DNA from: an uncultured Candidatus Saccharibacteria bacterium
GTDB lineage: Bacteria; Patescibacteriota; Minisyncoccia; Phycocordibacterales; PALSA-1337
Reading direction: 5' to 3'
Length of the DNA stretch: 64,000 bases
Assembly: GCA_964406895.1 (NCBI GenBank)
Contig: CAYOTK010000002.1
Location: forward strand, 6,004 to 70,003
The position numbers and the translations under genes are program-made. The notes under the pieces were generated by a model. The model made no database searches and was not told the origin of the DNA. It was given only the letters and a program-made list of their open reading frames with translations. Positions 49,576 to 59,133 of the stretch are shown piece by piece. The number at the start of each line of letters is the position of its first letter. The first letter of the stretch is position 1.

Positions 49576-49772
49576 CCTATGCGTGGGAGAGATACTTCGC
49601 CGGACTGAAAACTTCTCTCACAGATGATATGGCTCGGGCGATTATTTGTAGAGAGATGAAGTGGACATGGCATGAGTACGACGAGCAACCCGCAGGATTC
49701 ATAGACATTATAGTAGAAATGCTCAAGGCCGAGAGCAGGGAGATGGAAAGAAAAAGCAAGAATATAAAATAA

Positions 49773-51125
49773 ATGGAATCAACAAGCAAACTACAAATAT
49801 TGGTGCAACTCAGAGATGAAGCCTCGACAGCAATTCGAAGTTTGTCAAATAGCCTTTCCGACATGAGCGGCCAGTTCGGTTTTGCTGGAGACAAGGTCGG
49901 TGCTCTTGCTGGCGTTCTTCAGACGATTGGCGCTGGAGCAATTCTGAAGACGGCCATAGGAGACTTCGCTGAAGCAGAAGTGCAGATGACACGATTCGAC
50001 GCCATTATAGCTACTCTACCTCCTAATCTTCAGGCTCTACGCGGACAGATTCTTGCTCTTTCTGATGAAGCACTTTCGAAGTTTGGATTTGATAACGAAG
50101 AAGCGGCCGTATCGATAGCCAGATTGCTTCAAGCAACTCAGAACGGTCCGTTCGCCTTTCAGGCATTTTCTGCTGCTATGGATTTAGCCAGATATAAAGG
50201 CATTGGTCTTGAGGAAGCCACGCAGGCATTGATTCTTGCCTTCCAAGGAAACGCTCGTCTCCTAAAACAATTCGGAATTGAAGTTGATGATCATGCATCA
50301 AAAGAAACGATACTGGCGGCAATTATGAAAACAGTTCAAGGACAGGCAGGTGCATATTCGCAAACACTTCAAGGTCAGCTCGACATAACGAAACAGCTTG
50401 GCAAGGAGGGATCGGAATCATTGGGAGGACTATTCGCTCCGGCAATTGAGATGGTCACTCAAGGTTTACAAAATTGGGTAGCGGCGCAAGGAGGTATAAA
50501 CAAATTTCTGGAAGAACACAGAACATTGCTCATAATTGTGGGAAGTCTCCTAACTGCTCTATTTGTCGCTGGACTTATAGTGGCCATAGCGGCAGCGCTC
50601 ACATTCCTCGGACCACTTGGACTTATCATAGCCGCTATTGCCGCTGTAGGTGCCGCAATAGTTTTCTTCTATACGCTCTGGGCGACACAGTGGGAAAACA
50701 TCAAGGGAGTATTTCTTGCGGCATGGAACGGTATCAAGGATTTCTTCATGTCGATATGGAATGAAATTGTGAATCTTTTCAATGAAGGTATAGAGAAAAT
50801 AAAGAGCGCGATTGTTTCGGTTCAAAGTGCGTACAGATCGGTTGTCTCTGCGATATCGGCTCCAATAACAGCTACGGTGAATGCCGTAAAGACGGTAGTT
50901 TCAAAATTTGCTGAAGGTGGAATTGTGAATGGTCCTACATTGGGGTTAGTGGGTGAAGCTGGTCCCGAGGCAATCATCCCATTAAGCAGACTGGGTAGTA
51001 CGGGAGGAATAACAATAAATCTGAAGGGCGACTTCTATACATCAACGGAAGTTGCCGAGGAATTCGGAAATGAATTGGCTCGAATTATCAAGAATCAGAT
51101 AAATCTCGGCGGAATCCGAGCATAA
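49773..51125 (+). CDS. tape measure protein (short, 450 aa)
   Basis: Follows the chaperone frameshift pair; helical, A/L-rich with an internal hydrophobic stretch. Confidence 0.55.
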   Translation: MESTSKLQILVQLRDEASTAIRSLSNSLSDMSGQFGFAGDKVGALAGVLQTIGAGAILKTAIGDFAEAEVQMTRFDAIIATLPPNLQALRGQILALSDEALSKFGFDNEEAAVSIARLLQATQNGPFAFQAFSAAMDLARYKGIGLEEATQALILAFQGNARLLKQFGIEVDDHASKETILAAIMKTVQGQAGAYSQTLQGQLDITKQLGKEGSESLGGLFAPAIEMVTQGLQNWVAAQGGINKFLEEHRTLLIIVGSLLTALFVAGLIVAIAAALTFLGPLGLIIAAIAAVGAAIVFFYTLWATQWENIKGVFLAAWNGIKDFFMSIWNEIVNLFNEGIEKIKSAIVSVQSAYRSVVSAISAPITATVNAVKTVVSKFAEGGIVNGPTLGLVGEAGPEAIIPLSRLGSTGGITINLKGDFYTSTEVAEEFGNELARIIKNQINLGGIRA

Positions 51126-51129
51126 TCAC

Positions 51130-52542
51130 ATGGCATTGATACTTAAGATAAACAACATAGACAGAACAGACCATGTGAAATGGGATACATTGGTTGTGAC
51201 TGAGGTTTTGTCCAAGGAAGTTGATCGGTTGGAGTTTCAGATCATGAAGACACCGGCTAAAACGATACCTTCTGTAAATGACGATGTAACACTTGAAGAA
51301 AATGGGACGAAAATATTTGGTGGAGTAATTACTGAAAGGAATCAAATAATAAAAGGTGGACTTCTCATTGCATTTGATATTCGTTGCAAAGATTATTCTC
51401 AGTATCTTGATAGGAAAGTAGTGGTCAGGAATTACACAAATGTTACTGCGCGCTCAATTGTGCTTGAACTGGTCTCTATATATACATCTGGGTTCACGAC
51501 AAGCAATGTGGCTCAAACAACTCCATCGGTGGGATCAATCAAATTCAACTACGAGCAGGTCACAAGATGCCTTACACAACTAGCTGATCAGATAGGCTGG
51601 GACTGGTATGTCGATCCTGATAAGGACATTCACTTCTTTGATAGCGAGAATCTCTCGGCACCCTTTGAGCTTTCTGATACTGGGGACAAGTATGAGTGGA
51701 ATTCTCTGGAGATAAATAACACGATCACGCAGATAAAGAATTCTGTGTATGTGAGAGGTGGTGAATACAAAAAGACGATTATTGAAGCAAACGCTCAAGA
51801 CATATTTGTAGCTGATGGTGTGCAGAAAGTTTTTCCCCTTTCATATAAGTACGACAATATCACGGTCAAAGATAACACGACAGTAAATACTGTCGGCACT
51901 GATCAGCAATCGAATCCTGCCATGGTTGATGTGCTCTACAACTTCAATGAGAAATTTATCAAGTATACGAATGCTCCAGTCTCTGGACATACCATTAAAG
52001 TTTTTGGTGATGCATATATTCCAATTATTGCCCAAGTACGCGATCAAATATCGATAGCTACCTACGGAGAATACCAGGCTGCTGTAATCGACAAGAGTAT
52101 TACTTCGATCAATGAAGCTCAAACTAGGGCACAAACTGAGCTCAAAAAATATGCTGAGTCGGTATATGAAGCTTCATTTAAGACAATTCAAACTGGATTG
52201 AAAGTTGGACAGAGGATCAGAGTGTACAGCCAAATCAGAAATATTGATAAGACATTCAAGATCAATAAAATCACGGGAAAAGTTCGAGACAGCGTATCTA
52301 TGGAATACACGGTTTACCTCATTGCTTCAGGACAGGTTTCATTTACAGATATCATGGTCGATCTTCTGACTGGCAACAAGAAGAATATTACTATCGCTTC
52401 AAACGAGGTACTACAGCGTCTTGAAATATTCGCCGAATCTGCCGACACGAGTGATTCAGTAACAGCCAGTAAAGCGACTGGTCCGTATAAATGGGGACCC
52501 GATCCTAATGCCCTAGTCTGGGGGCTCGGCACATGGGGTTAA
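51130..52542 (+). CDS. distal tail / baseplate protein
   Basis: Position after the tape measure. Confidence 0.35.
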   Translation: MALILKINNIDRTDHVKWDTLVVTEVLSKEVDRLEFQIMKTPAKTIPSVNDDVTLEENGTKIFGGVITERNQIIKGGLLIAFDIRCKDYSQYLDRKVVVRNYTNVTARSIVLELVSIYTSGFTTSNVAQTTPSVGSIKFNYEQVTRCLTQLADQIGWDWYVDPDKDIHFFDSENLSAPFELSDTGDKYEWNSLEINNTITQIKNSVYVRGGEYKKTIIEANAQDIFVADGVQKVFPLSYKYDNITVKDNTTVNTVGTDQQSNPAMVDVLYNFNEKFIKYTNAPVSGHTIKVFGDAYIPIIAQVRDQISIATYGEYQAAVIDKSITSINEAQTRAQTELKKYAESVYEASFKTIQTGLKVGQRIRVYSQIRNIDKTFKINKITGKVRDSVSMEYTVYLIASGQVSFTDIMVDLLTGNKKNITIASNEVLQRLEIFAESADTSDSVTASKATGPYKWGPDPNALVWGLGTWG

Positions 52543-52551
52543 TCAAATTAT

Positions 52552-53037
52552 ATGAATACACAAACAGAAAAAATACAACCAAAAGGGAAGTTTCGAATCA
52601 TTACTACAAAGGCTGGTACGGACAGTATTCTTCGTCTAAGCGAATGGTACTCAAATTTGATAATGCTTGGATCAAATACAGGTAAGACCCTGATACTACA
52701 AAGATTAGCTAGCGTTAACACATATTCATTAAATCTTACTCATGCAGATATGGGTACAGGTAACAATCCTCCGAATGCTTCAGATGTGTCTCTCCAGACT
52801 CCGCAGGCTCGTGCCGCGGTAGGATCTGGTTCAGTTTCTGGAGCAATAGCAACTATGCAATTTTTCTTTGCTGACAATGTTCTTCCGAACGGAACATACA
52901 CGGAATTCGGATCATTCGTTGATGGAAGCTCTGGTACAAGCACGGGAAAAATATTTAATCGCGCTCTCTTCGGTGTTCCATATACCAAAGGAAGCGGAGA
53001 GGACACGACAATAGAATTGCAGATATCAATTAACTAA
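52552..53037 (+). CDS. tail/baseplate-associated protein
   Basis: Position. Confidence 0.25.
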   Translation: MNTQTEKIQPKGKFRIITTKAGTDSILRLSEWYSNLIMLGSNTGKTLILQRLASVNTYSLNLTHADMGTGNNPPNASDVSLQTPQARAAVGSGSVSGAIATMQFFFADNVLPNGTYTEFGSFVDGSSGTSTGKIFNRALFGVPYTKGSGEDTTIELQISIN

Positions 53038-53038
53038 C

Positions 53039-54070
53039 ATGACAATACAGCAAGGACAACAAGCAGTGGCAGCAGATTTCGTCAGTACATCTGGCGGTGC
53101 TGGTGATGCTGGCAAGGTGTCGAAATTAAACTCAAGTGGAAAGATTGATAATTCATTTCTTACTGTGAAATTCGGAGGCACAGGTGCTGATGGATCGCTC
53201 TCAATATCTTCGGGAACGACTACTATTAATCTTGGAGGTGTTTCTGTAGTTGTGAAGAATTACACCTCAATCTCAATTACTGGAACAGGTAAACTTGCAT
53301 TCACAAATCCAAATGCGAACGGGACATTTGTTGTCTTGAAATCTCAGGGCGATGTAACGCTGACATCATCGACTGCTCCAATGATTGATTGTAGAAATAC
53401 TGGTGGCGCAGGTGGAGCAAGTGCAGCAGGAAGCATCGGTACACTATCCTATATAACTGGCAATAGCGGGCATTTCGCGCAGATATCTGCATTGCAAACT
53501 AATGCTGGCGAAGGTGGGTGGGTTCATAATCCGTCGGTAGGTGGTGCTATACCAACAGTTTTCGGAATCTCTGCAAATATCTTCTCATATATTTTATCGA
53601 AGTTTAATTTTCTAGCATTTGCAGGTGCAGGTGGCGGTGCCGGCGGAGTGAGCACGGGCAACGCTGGATCATTCAATGGCAATACTGCGGCTGGCGGTTC
53701 AGGTGGAGGTGCACTTCTCATTGAATGTGGAGGTGCATGGAACTTTACCACAGCGGGTGGCATCTCTGTAGCTGGATCTGCTGGGAGTAATGGAAATTCA
53801 GGAGGAGGTGGTAACACAACTGTAGCTGGAGGTGGAGGTGGTGGCGGAGGTTTCGGTCTTGTCTTGTATAACATTCTGACTGCCAATTCTGGAACCTTTC
53901 TATGTGCTGGTGGTGGAGGTGGTACTGCCTCGATGAGCTCCGGTGGTGCAGCCTTCGGGGGTGCCGGCGGTGGGAGTGTATTCAATGCAGGTGCAAACGG
54001 AGGATATTATAACGGAGGTGCCGGCGGTAACGGTTTTTCATTAGTAACTCCTAATACAGAATTTATATAA
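53039..54070 (+). CDS. tail fibre protein, Gly-rich, paralog 1
   Basis: Conserved fibre N-terminus MTIQQGQQAVAADFVSTSGGAGDAGKVSKLNSSGKIDNSFL; poly-Gly GGxGG repeats. Confidence 0.5.
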   Translation: MTIQQGQQAVAADFVSTSGGAGDAGKVSKLNSSGKIDNSFLTVKFGGTGADGSLSISSGTTTINLGGVSVVVKNYTSISITGTGKLAFTNPNANGTFVVLKSQGDVTLTSSTAPMIDCRNTGGAGGASAAGSIGTLSYITGNSGHFAQISALQTNAGEGGWVHNPSVGGAIPTVFGISANIFSYILSKFNFLAFAGAGGGAGGVSTGNAGSFNGNTAAGGSGGGALLIECGGAWNFTTAGGISVAGSAGSNGNSGGGGNTTVAGGGGGGGGFGLVLYNILTANSGTFLCAGGGGGTASMSSGGAAFGGAGGGSVFNAGANGGYYNGGAGGNGFSLVTPNTEFI

Positions 54071-54076
54071 CTATCA

Positions 54077-54232
54077 TGCAAGACAAAGAAATCATATATG
54101 AATTGAGATGCGTAGTCTGCAGGAAAATCTGTGGCACGGTTTCATTCCCTTCAGGCTCAAAAGTCGATTTGAATGAACTATATCTTAAGCATCTGACTCT
54201 ATGCGACGAGCATGTACTTAAAGGGAAATAAC
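54077..54232 (+). CDS. small zinc-ribbon protein (51 aa, CxxC...C..H) between fibre paralogs
   Basis: Translates to MQDKEIIYELRCVVCRKICGTVSFPSGSKVDLNELYLKHLTLCDEHVLKGK; absent from the ORF track because it is below 60 aa. Confidence 0.3.
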
Positions 54233-54234
54233 AT

Positions 54235-55272
54235 ATGTCAATCCAACAAGGACAACAAGCGCTAGCATCTGATTTCATTGCAAGTTCTGCAGGAGTTGGA
54301 GATGCTGGAAAAGCACCTAAACTAGATTCAAACGGAAAATTAGATAAGTCTTTCCTTATGAGGGGAGAATTTGGAGACGGCTCTGATGGTGATGTCACAA
54401 TTTCTTCTCCAACCACTCTGACAAGAGATATGTATTACAACAATCTAACAGTAAATAACACATTAAGTACGGCAAACTTTAAGGTTTTCATCAAAGGCAC
54501 TCTATCAGGTAGTGGAACAATTCAATCAAATGGCAACACTGGTGGTGGTGGAGGGACAGGTGCAAATGGTGGCGCTGGAGGCGGAGGAGCTTCAGCAATT
54601 TCAGGATATTTTGTCTCAATCGGTGGGAACAATGGAGGTGCTGGTGGGTTCGGGGCTGGGATCGCAGGGAATGCTGGATCTGCTGTAACTGTTGCACTTG
54701 GAACTATAGGAAAAAATGGTGGCCAAGGTGGGTCGGGTGGTGCTGGAGCTGGAGGAATAGGTGGAATCGGAGGCGGGGTCACTCCTCCAGATACGAAATT
54801 CAAAGTTTTCTATCACAACACTATATTGGGAGTTGATCTGACATCAGCATCAATATTTGCAAAGTATAAAGACAACGGAGCCGCAGCTGGTGGCGGTGGA
54901 GGATCTGGTAATGGAGGTGCACGCGAAGGAGGTGGTGGCGGGGGTGGAGGAGGTGAAGGCGGTTTTGTGTGGATCATGGCAAAAATCTGGAGCGGTACAG
55001 TTACATTGAAAGCGGTAGGTGGAAATGGTGGTGATGGTGGGCCAGGAAGGCTGGATGATGGGAATGTTGGTGGAGGTGGAGGCGGTGCAGGCGGAAATGG
55101 AGGTCTCGTGGTTGTCATTTATTTAATAAAAACATGGACAGGAAATTATGTTCTGACTGGTGGCTCTGGCGGAAACGGAGGTTCTGGACATGGCACAGGC
55201 ACTTCAGGCTCTGTAGGAAATGCTGGTGCATCAGGGACATCACATGAAATTTTGTGCACATCATTAACATAA
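54235..55272 (+). CDS. tail fibre protein, Gly-rich, paralog 2
   Basis: N-terminus MSIQQGQQALASDFIASSAGVGDAGKAPKLDSNGKLDKSFL. Confidence 0.5.
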   Translation: MSIQQGQQALASDFIASSAGVGDAGKAPKLDSNGKLDKSFLMRGEFGDGSDGDVTISSPTTLTRDMYYNNLTVNNTLSTANFKVFIKGTLSGSGTIQSNGNTGGGGGTGANGGAGGGGASAISGYFVSIGGNNGGAGGFGAGIAGNAGSAVTVALGTIGKNGGQGGSGGAGAGGIGGIGGGVTPPDTKFKVFYHNTILGVDLTSASIFAKYKDNGAAAGGGGGSGNGGAREGGGGGGGGGEGGFVWIMAKIWSGTVTLKAVGGNGGDGGPGRLDDGNVGGGGGGAGGNGGLVVVIYLIKTWTGNYVLTGGSGGNGGSGHGTGTSGSVGNAGASGTSHEILCTSLT

Positions 55273-55281
55273 TTTATAACT

Positions 55282-56403
55282 ATGTCGATTCAACAAGGAC
55301 AACAAGCGGTAGCATCAGATTTCATAGCATCAACAGCTGGTGCTGGTGACGCAGGTAAGGCTCCGAAACTCAATTCGAGTGGAAAACTTGATGGGTCATT
55401 TATAAATGATTTATTCGGTGGAACTGGTAGCGGGTCAGACGGTGATGTCACAATCACGTCGCCTACAACTCTCACTAGAGACATGTTCTATAACAACCTC
55501 ACAGTGAACGAGACCCTCACGACCGGAGGATTCATGATCAGAGTAAAGGGAACCATCTCTGGAACTGGTGCAATAAAATACCCTGATGGAAACAACGGAG
55601 GTACTGGCGGAAACGGAAGTAGTGGTGGTGGAGCAGTTTCAGGCGGTGGTGGTGGAGGTGGGGGTGCCGCTGTTTCAAACTGTAGATTTTCAAATATTTC
55701 AGGACAAAATGGCGCGGGTGGAGGTAGTGGCGCTCCAAATACAGGTGGAGATGGTGGAACTGGAACCAACTCAACCAAATCTGTCGGAGTCAATGGTGTT
55801 GGAGGAGGATCAGGCGGACATGGCTCCTCATACAACAACGGAAGCGCTGCTGGCGGAGGAGCCGGAAGTGGCGGCGGAGCGGCATCAAAAACTCTAACTC
55901 CTGGTCGACTCATATCCGTGCTTCTTCTCGGTAATGATTTACTTTTGAATGGTTCGCAATCTTCATATGACGGATCAGCAGGATCAGGTTCAGGTGGAGG
56001 CGGTGGAGGAGGTAACTCATCAGGAGGAAATAACGGTGGTGGTGGAGGAGGAGGTGGTGCAGGAGCTTCAGGTGGTCTCGTATTTATCATCGCAAAGATA
56101 TGGGCAGGTACCTTCACTATTCGAGCTGTTGGCGGAAACGGAGGTAACGGAGGAACTGGTGGTACCGGTAGCTCTGGAGGCCAAGGGTCCGCAGGTGGCG
56201 GAGGTGGAGGTGGGGGTGGTGGATCTGGTGGAGCTTCTATTGTTGTCTATTCTACAAAGACATGGACGGGCAGTTATGTGCTTACTGGGGGATCGGCAGG
56301 TGGTGCTGGTAGCGGAGGGGGATCAGGATCAGCTAACGGAAGTGCTGGAACGGCTGGTGCGACTGGTACAAGTTATGAAGTTCAATCAACAGTTTTATAT
56401 TAA
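55282..56403 (+). CDS. tail fibre protein, Gly-rich, paralog 3
   Basis: N-terminus MSIQQGQQAVASDFIASTAGAGDAGKAPKLNSSGKLDGSFI. Confidence 0.5.
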   Translation: MSIQQGQQAVASDFIASTAGAGDAGKAPKLNSSGKLDGSFINDLFGGTGSGSDGDVTITSPTTLTRDMFYNNLTVNETLTTGGFMIRVKGTISGTGAIKYPDGNNGGTGGNGSSGGGAVSGGGGGGGGAAVSNCRFSNISGQNGAGGGSGAPNTGGDGGTGTNSTKSVGVNGVGGGSGGHGSSYNNGSAAGGGAGSGGGAASKTLTPGRLISVLLLGNDLLLNGSQSSYDGSAGSGSGGGGGGGNSSGGNNGGGGGGGGAGASGGLVFIIAKIWAGTFTIRAVGGNGGNGGTGGTGSSGGQGSAGGGGGGGGGGSGGASIVVYSTKTWTGSYVLTGGSAGGAGSGGGSGSANGSAGTAGATGTSYEVQSTVLY

Positions 56404-56412
56404 AGAAAATGC

Positions 56413-56601
56413 ATGGAAAAAAGAATAGAAAAAATTGAGTTGGATATCAAAGAAATCAAGGACAACCACTTGAGCCATATTGAAGAGGATATTGCGGTCG
56501 TAAAGACAAACCAGCAATGGCTCATGAAGTTCTTCTGGATTGTTGCTACAGCATCGGTTGCCGGATTAATCACCGGAATTATTAATTTAATGATTAGATA
56601 A
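56413..56601 (+). CDS. small membrane protein (holin-like or lysis-associated)
   Basis: 62 aa, coiled N-terminus plus one C-terminal TM helix. Confidence 0.3.
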   Translation: MEKRIEKIELDIKEIKDNHLSHIEEDIAVVKTNQQWLMKFFWIVATASVAGLITGIINLMIR

Positions 56602-56605
56602 ATTT

Positions 56606-57661
56606 ATGAATGAACAATTTTCAACAGGCGCTATTATTTCACCACCTGACTATCGAGACGTATATGTTGCTTCCGCAGTAGCCGAAGCACTTCCAGCACG
56701 AATACAACTTCCTCCTACACACAAAACGGCACTCGCATCTCCCATGATGCAAGCACTCGTGCCCGCATGCGTATCGCATAGTGCCGTAGATACTCTTAAA
56801 CTCTACTGGCTCAGGAAAACAGGGAAGATGATCGATTTCTCTCCTCGCTTTCTCGATATACTCGCAAAACGATTTGATCTTCAGGATCGAGCAATGGGTG
56901 GAACTTATCCCCGTCTCGTGTTTAAACTCGCAGTTCTCTATGGCTGTGCCACAACCGCAACTCTTCCAAACGATACCTCGCTGTCGGTTCTTGAATATCG
57001 AAACGACAACAAACTTACCAAAGAAGTTTTTAATGAAGCAGCTAAGTATAAAATTCCCGGCTACGTTTCTGTCCCTCTCGATTTTCAAAGAACACGAGAA
57101 GCTATATATCTTTATGGTGCAGTTTCTGCACTCTTTGAAATTGGTAACGAATTATGGACTCCATCGTGGGCAGATAAAGATATAGATCCACTTCGAATAC
57201 CAAAAACTATAGTTTCAGGACATCAGATGACCCCTTTCGGTTGGGAAGACGATACCTATAACGATCTTCAGAACGAATGGAGCGATTTATGGGCAAATTA
57301 CGGTAGAGCGAAATACGATCCGAAGGCGTGGTCTCCATATATCATCGAGCAATGGGCGGTTGCGGAGATTCCGCTGAATGTTCAGGACTTCCTCAAGGCA
57401 CTTCCGTCACCAAACGCATTTCACTACAACTGGCAAAATAATCTTGCTCTTGGCGATAATAATGACGATGTGAAGTTCGCACAGATTGCATACATGATAC
57501 TTGGTTTCCTATTACTTATACCTGCTGATCAGCTTGGCATCTTCGGTCCGAAGACGGCAGCTGCGAATGCTAAGTATCAGCAAGCTCATCGCATACAGCC
57601 TTCGCCGAACCATATCGGTCCGCAGACGAGGGCGGCTCTCAATACAGAGTTTGCTATTTAA
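56606..57661 (+). CDS. endolysin: N-terminal putative peptidase/amidase domain + C-terminal peptidoglycan-binding domain (PG_binding_1-like)
   Basis: C-terminus LGIFGPKTAAANAKYQQAHRIQPSPNHIGPQTRAALN fits the PG-binding repeat pattern. Confidence 0.5.
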   Translation: MNEQFSTGAIISPPDYRDVYVASAVAEALPARIQLPPTHKTALASPMMQALVPACVSHSAVDTLKLYWLRKTGKMIDFSPRFLDILAKRFDLQDRAMGGTYPRLVFKLAVLYGCATTATLPNDTSLSVLEYRNDNKLTKEVFNEAAKYKIPGYVSVPLDFQRTREAIYLYGAVSALFEIGNELWTPSWADKDIDPLRIPKTIVSGHQMTPFGWEDDTYNDLQNEWSDLWANYGRAKYDPKAWSPYIIEQWAVAEIPLNVQDFLKALPSPNAFHYNWQNNLALGDNNDDVKFAQIAYMILGFLLLIPADQLGIFGPKTAAANAKYQQAHRIQPSPNHIGPQTRAALNTEFAI

Positions 57662-57679
57662 TAATTAATATCAAAAACA

Positions 57680-57859
57680 ATGAACACAATATTCACATCA
57701 GCATCAAAAGTCGTATTCATCCTTATGACCTTGGCGACGATCGCAGGTCTTTTTCTGGGGAGAGTTGATCCAAAGGATTTCATGATCTTGGCATCAATGG
57801 CCTTCTCGTTCTACTTTGCCAGCAAGGGGGAGACGAGTCAGCCGTTTGCGGGGAAGTAG
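57680..57859 (+). CDS. small 2-TM protein (holin candidate)
   Basis: Translates to MNTIFTSASKVVFILMTLATIAGLFLGRVDPKDFMILASMAFSFYFASKGETSQPFAGK. Confidence 0.3.
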   Translation: MNTIFTSASKVVFILMTLATIAGLFLGRVDPKDFMILASMAFSFYFASKGETSQPFAGK

Positions 57860-58024
57860 TTATCGGAGCAACAGCCTGTCGCGCTGTGATTAAAGTCCTA
57901 ATTGAGGCTTTTTCAGGCACAATTGATAATCCATTATCGGGTTAAAATAGCCCATGAAATAAGGGTTTTGTGGCTAACTTGTGGTTATTGTTGCTATATA
58001 TGTTAAAAACTGATAAAATCTAGG

Positions 58025-59131
58025 TTGTTAGAAATTAACAGTAAATATATGGAAGATAACAGCCGAAAATTTGATCACAGAATTAAAAATCCCGATTCAC
58101 ACATTGTTGCTTTTTTGGCAGCGATTGATGAAATCAAGGGAGCTTTTCGTGTTGGTCTTCGCATGACGCCTCAAGCTATCACAAATCTACATAAGTCGGT
58201 ACTTGTAACTTCTGCCGGTGCTTCTACACGTATCGAGGGAGCAAAGCTTTCTGATGAAGAGGTGAAGGAAATCATGGAAGGATTTTCAATACAAAAATTC
58301 TCCGATCGAGATTCGCAGGAAGTGCAGGGCTATCTCGAGACACTAAAAAATGTTTTCGACAATTATAAAGATTTGCCATTGCGAGAGAGCATCATCACTT
58401 CTCTCCACAAAGAACTTCTAAAGTATTCAAACAAGGATGATCTACATCGTGGAGAATACAAGCATAAAGAAAATCTTGTCGGTGTTCTCGATGCCAAAGG
58501 AAATGTGGCAAAGATTATGTTTGAAACCACGCCAGCATATCTTACACAAAAAGAGATGACTGAGCTCGTAGAGTGGACACAAGAAGCACTGGAAAAAGAA
58601 CGCTTCCATCCGCTCCTCATTATCGCTAACTTTATCATTGAATTTCTGAAGATTCACCCATTCGAAGATGGTAATGGTCGTATTTCGCGTGTCCTCACGA
58701 ATTTGCTCCTACTTCGACAAGGCTATTCATTTGCACAATATGTCTCACATGAGCAGATCATAGAGCAGCGTAAGGATCAATACTATCTTGCACTCCGATC
58801 ATCTCAGGCGACATTCAGAAGTCAGACTAAGCCTGAAGGACAAGAAGAAACAATTTCACCATGGCTCAATTTCTTCTTCTCAGTTGTGAAAGAGCAGGCA
58901 GACAAGTCAATCGTGCTTGTAGAAGAAGAAACCCATGAAGATACAATGTCGCCGAAGCAAAATGAGGTCTTGGAATATCTATCCAAGGTAAAAGAGGCTG
59001 GTCCGGCCGAAATTGTCAGAGAGACTGGAATTATGATGCCATCCGTTCGAAAATCACTTGAACGGCTTGTTGAGCTTGGCAGGGTAAAAAGAATTGGCAG
59101 AGGTCGAGCAACTAGATATGTAAAAATATAA
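58025..59131 (+). CDS. Fic/Doc family protein (class II, internal inhibitory motif) with C-terminal winged-helix
   Basis: Fic motif HPFEDGNGRISR; upstream SxxxEG (STRIEG) inhibitory motif. Confidence 0.8.
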   Translation: MLEINSKYMEDNSRKFDHRIKNPDSHIVAFLAAIDEIKGAFRVGLRMTPQAITNLHKSVLVTSAGASTRIEGAKLSDEEVKEIMEGFSIQKFSDRDSQEVQGYLETLKNVFDNYKDLPLRESIITSLHKELLKYSNKDDLHRGEYKHKENLVGVLDAKGNVAKIMFETTPAYLTQKEMTELVEWTQEALEKERFHPLLIIANFIIEFLKIHPFEDGNGRISRVLTNLLLLRQGYSFAQYVSHEQIIEQRKDQYYLALRSSQATFRSQTKPEGQEETISPWLNFFFSVVKEQADKSIVLVEEETHEDTMSPKQNEVLEYLSKVKEAGPAEIVRETGIMMPSVRKSLERLVELGRVKRIGRGRATRYVKI

Positions 59132-59133
59132 AT

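Larger units (their letters stand above)
32463..57860 (+). mobile_element. prophage, siphovirus-like, HK97-type head module; no integrase seen in window
   Basis: Contiguous replication, methylase, terminase, portal, protease, capsid, connector, tail, fibre and lysis genes, all co-oriented. Confidence 0.6.

Noticed and set aside
53524-56117. Proline-rich minus-strand ORFs (53524-53985, 54522-54803, 54813-55118, 55488-56117)
   Set aside because: They are reverse complements of the GGN-rich tail-fibre genes (GGN read backwards gives NCC, i.e. Pro). These are not genes.
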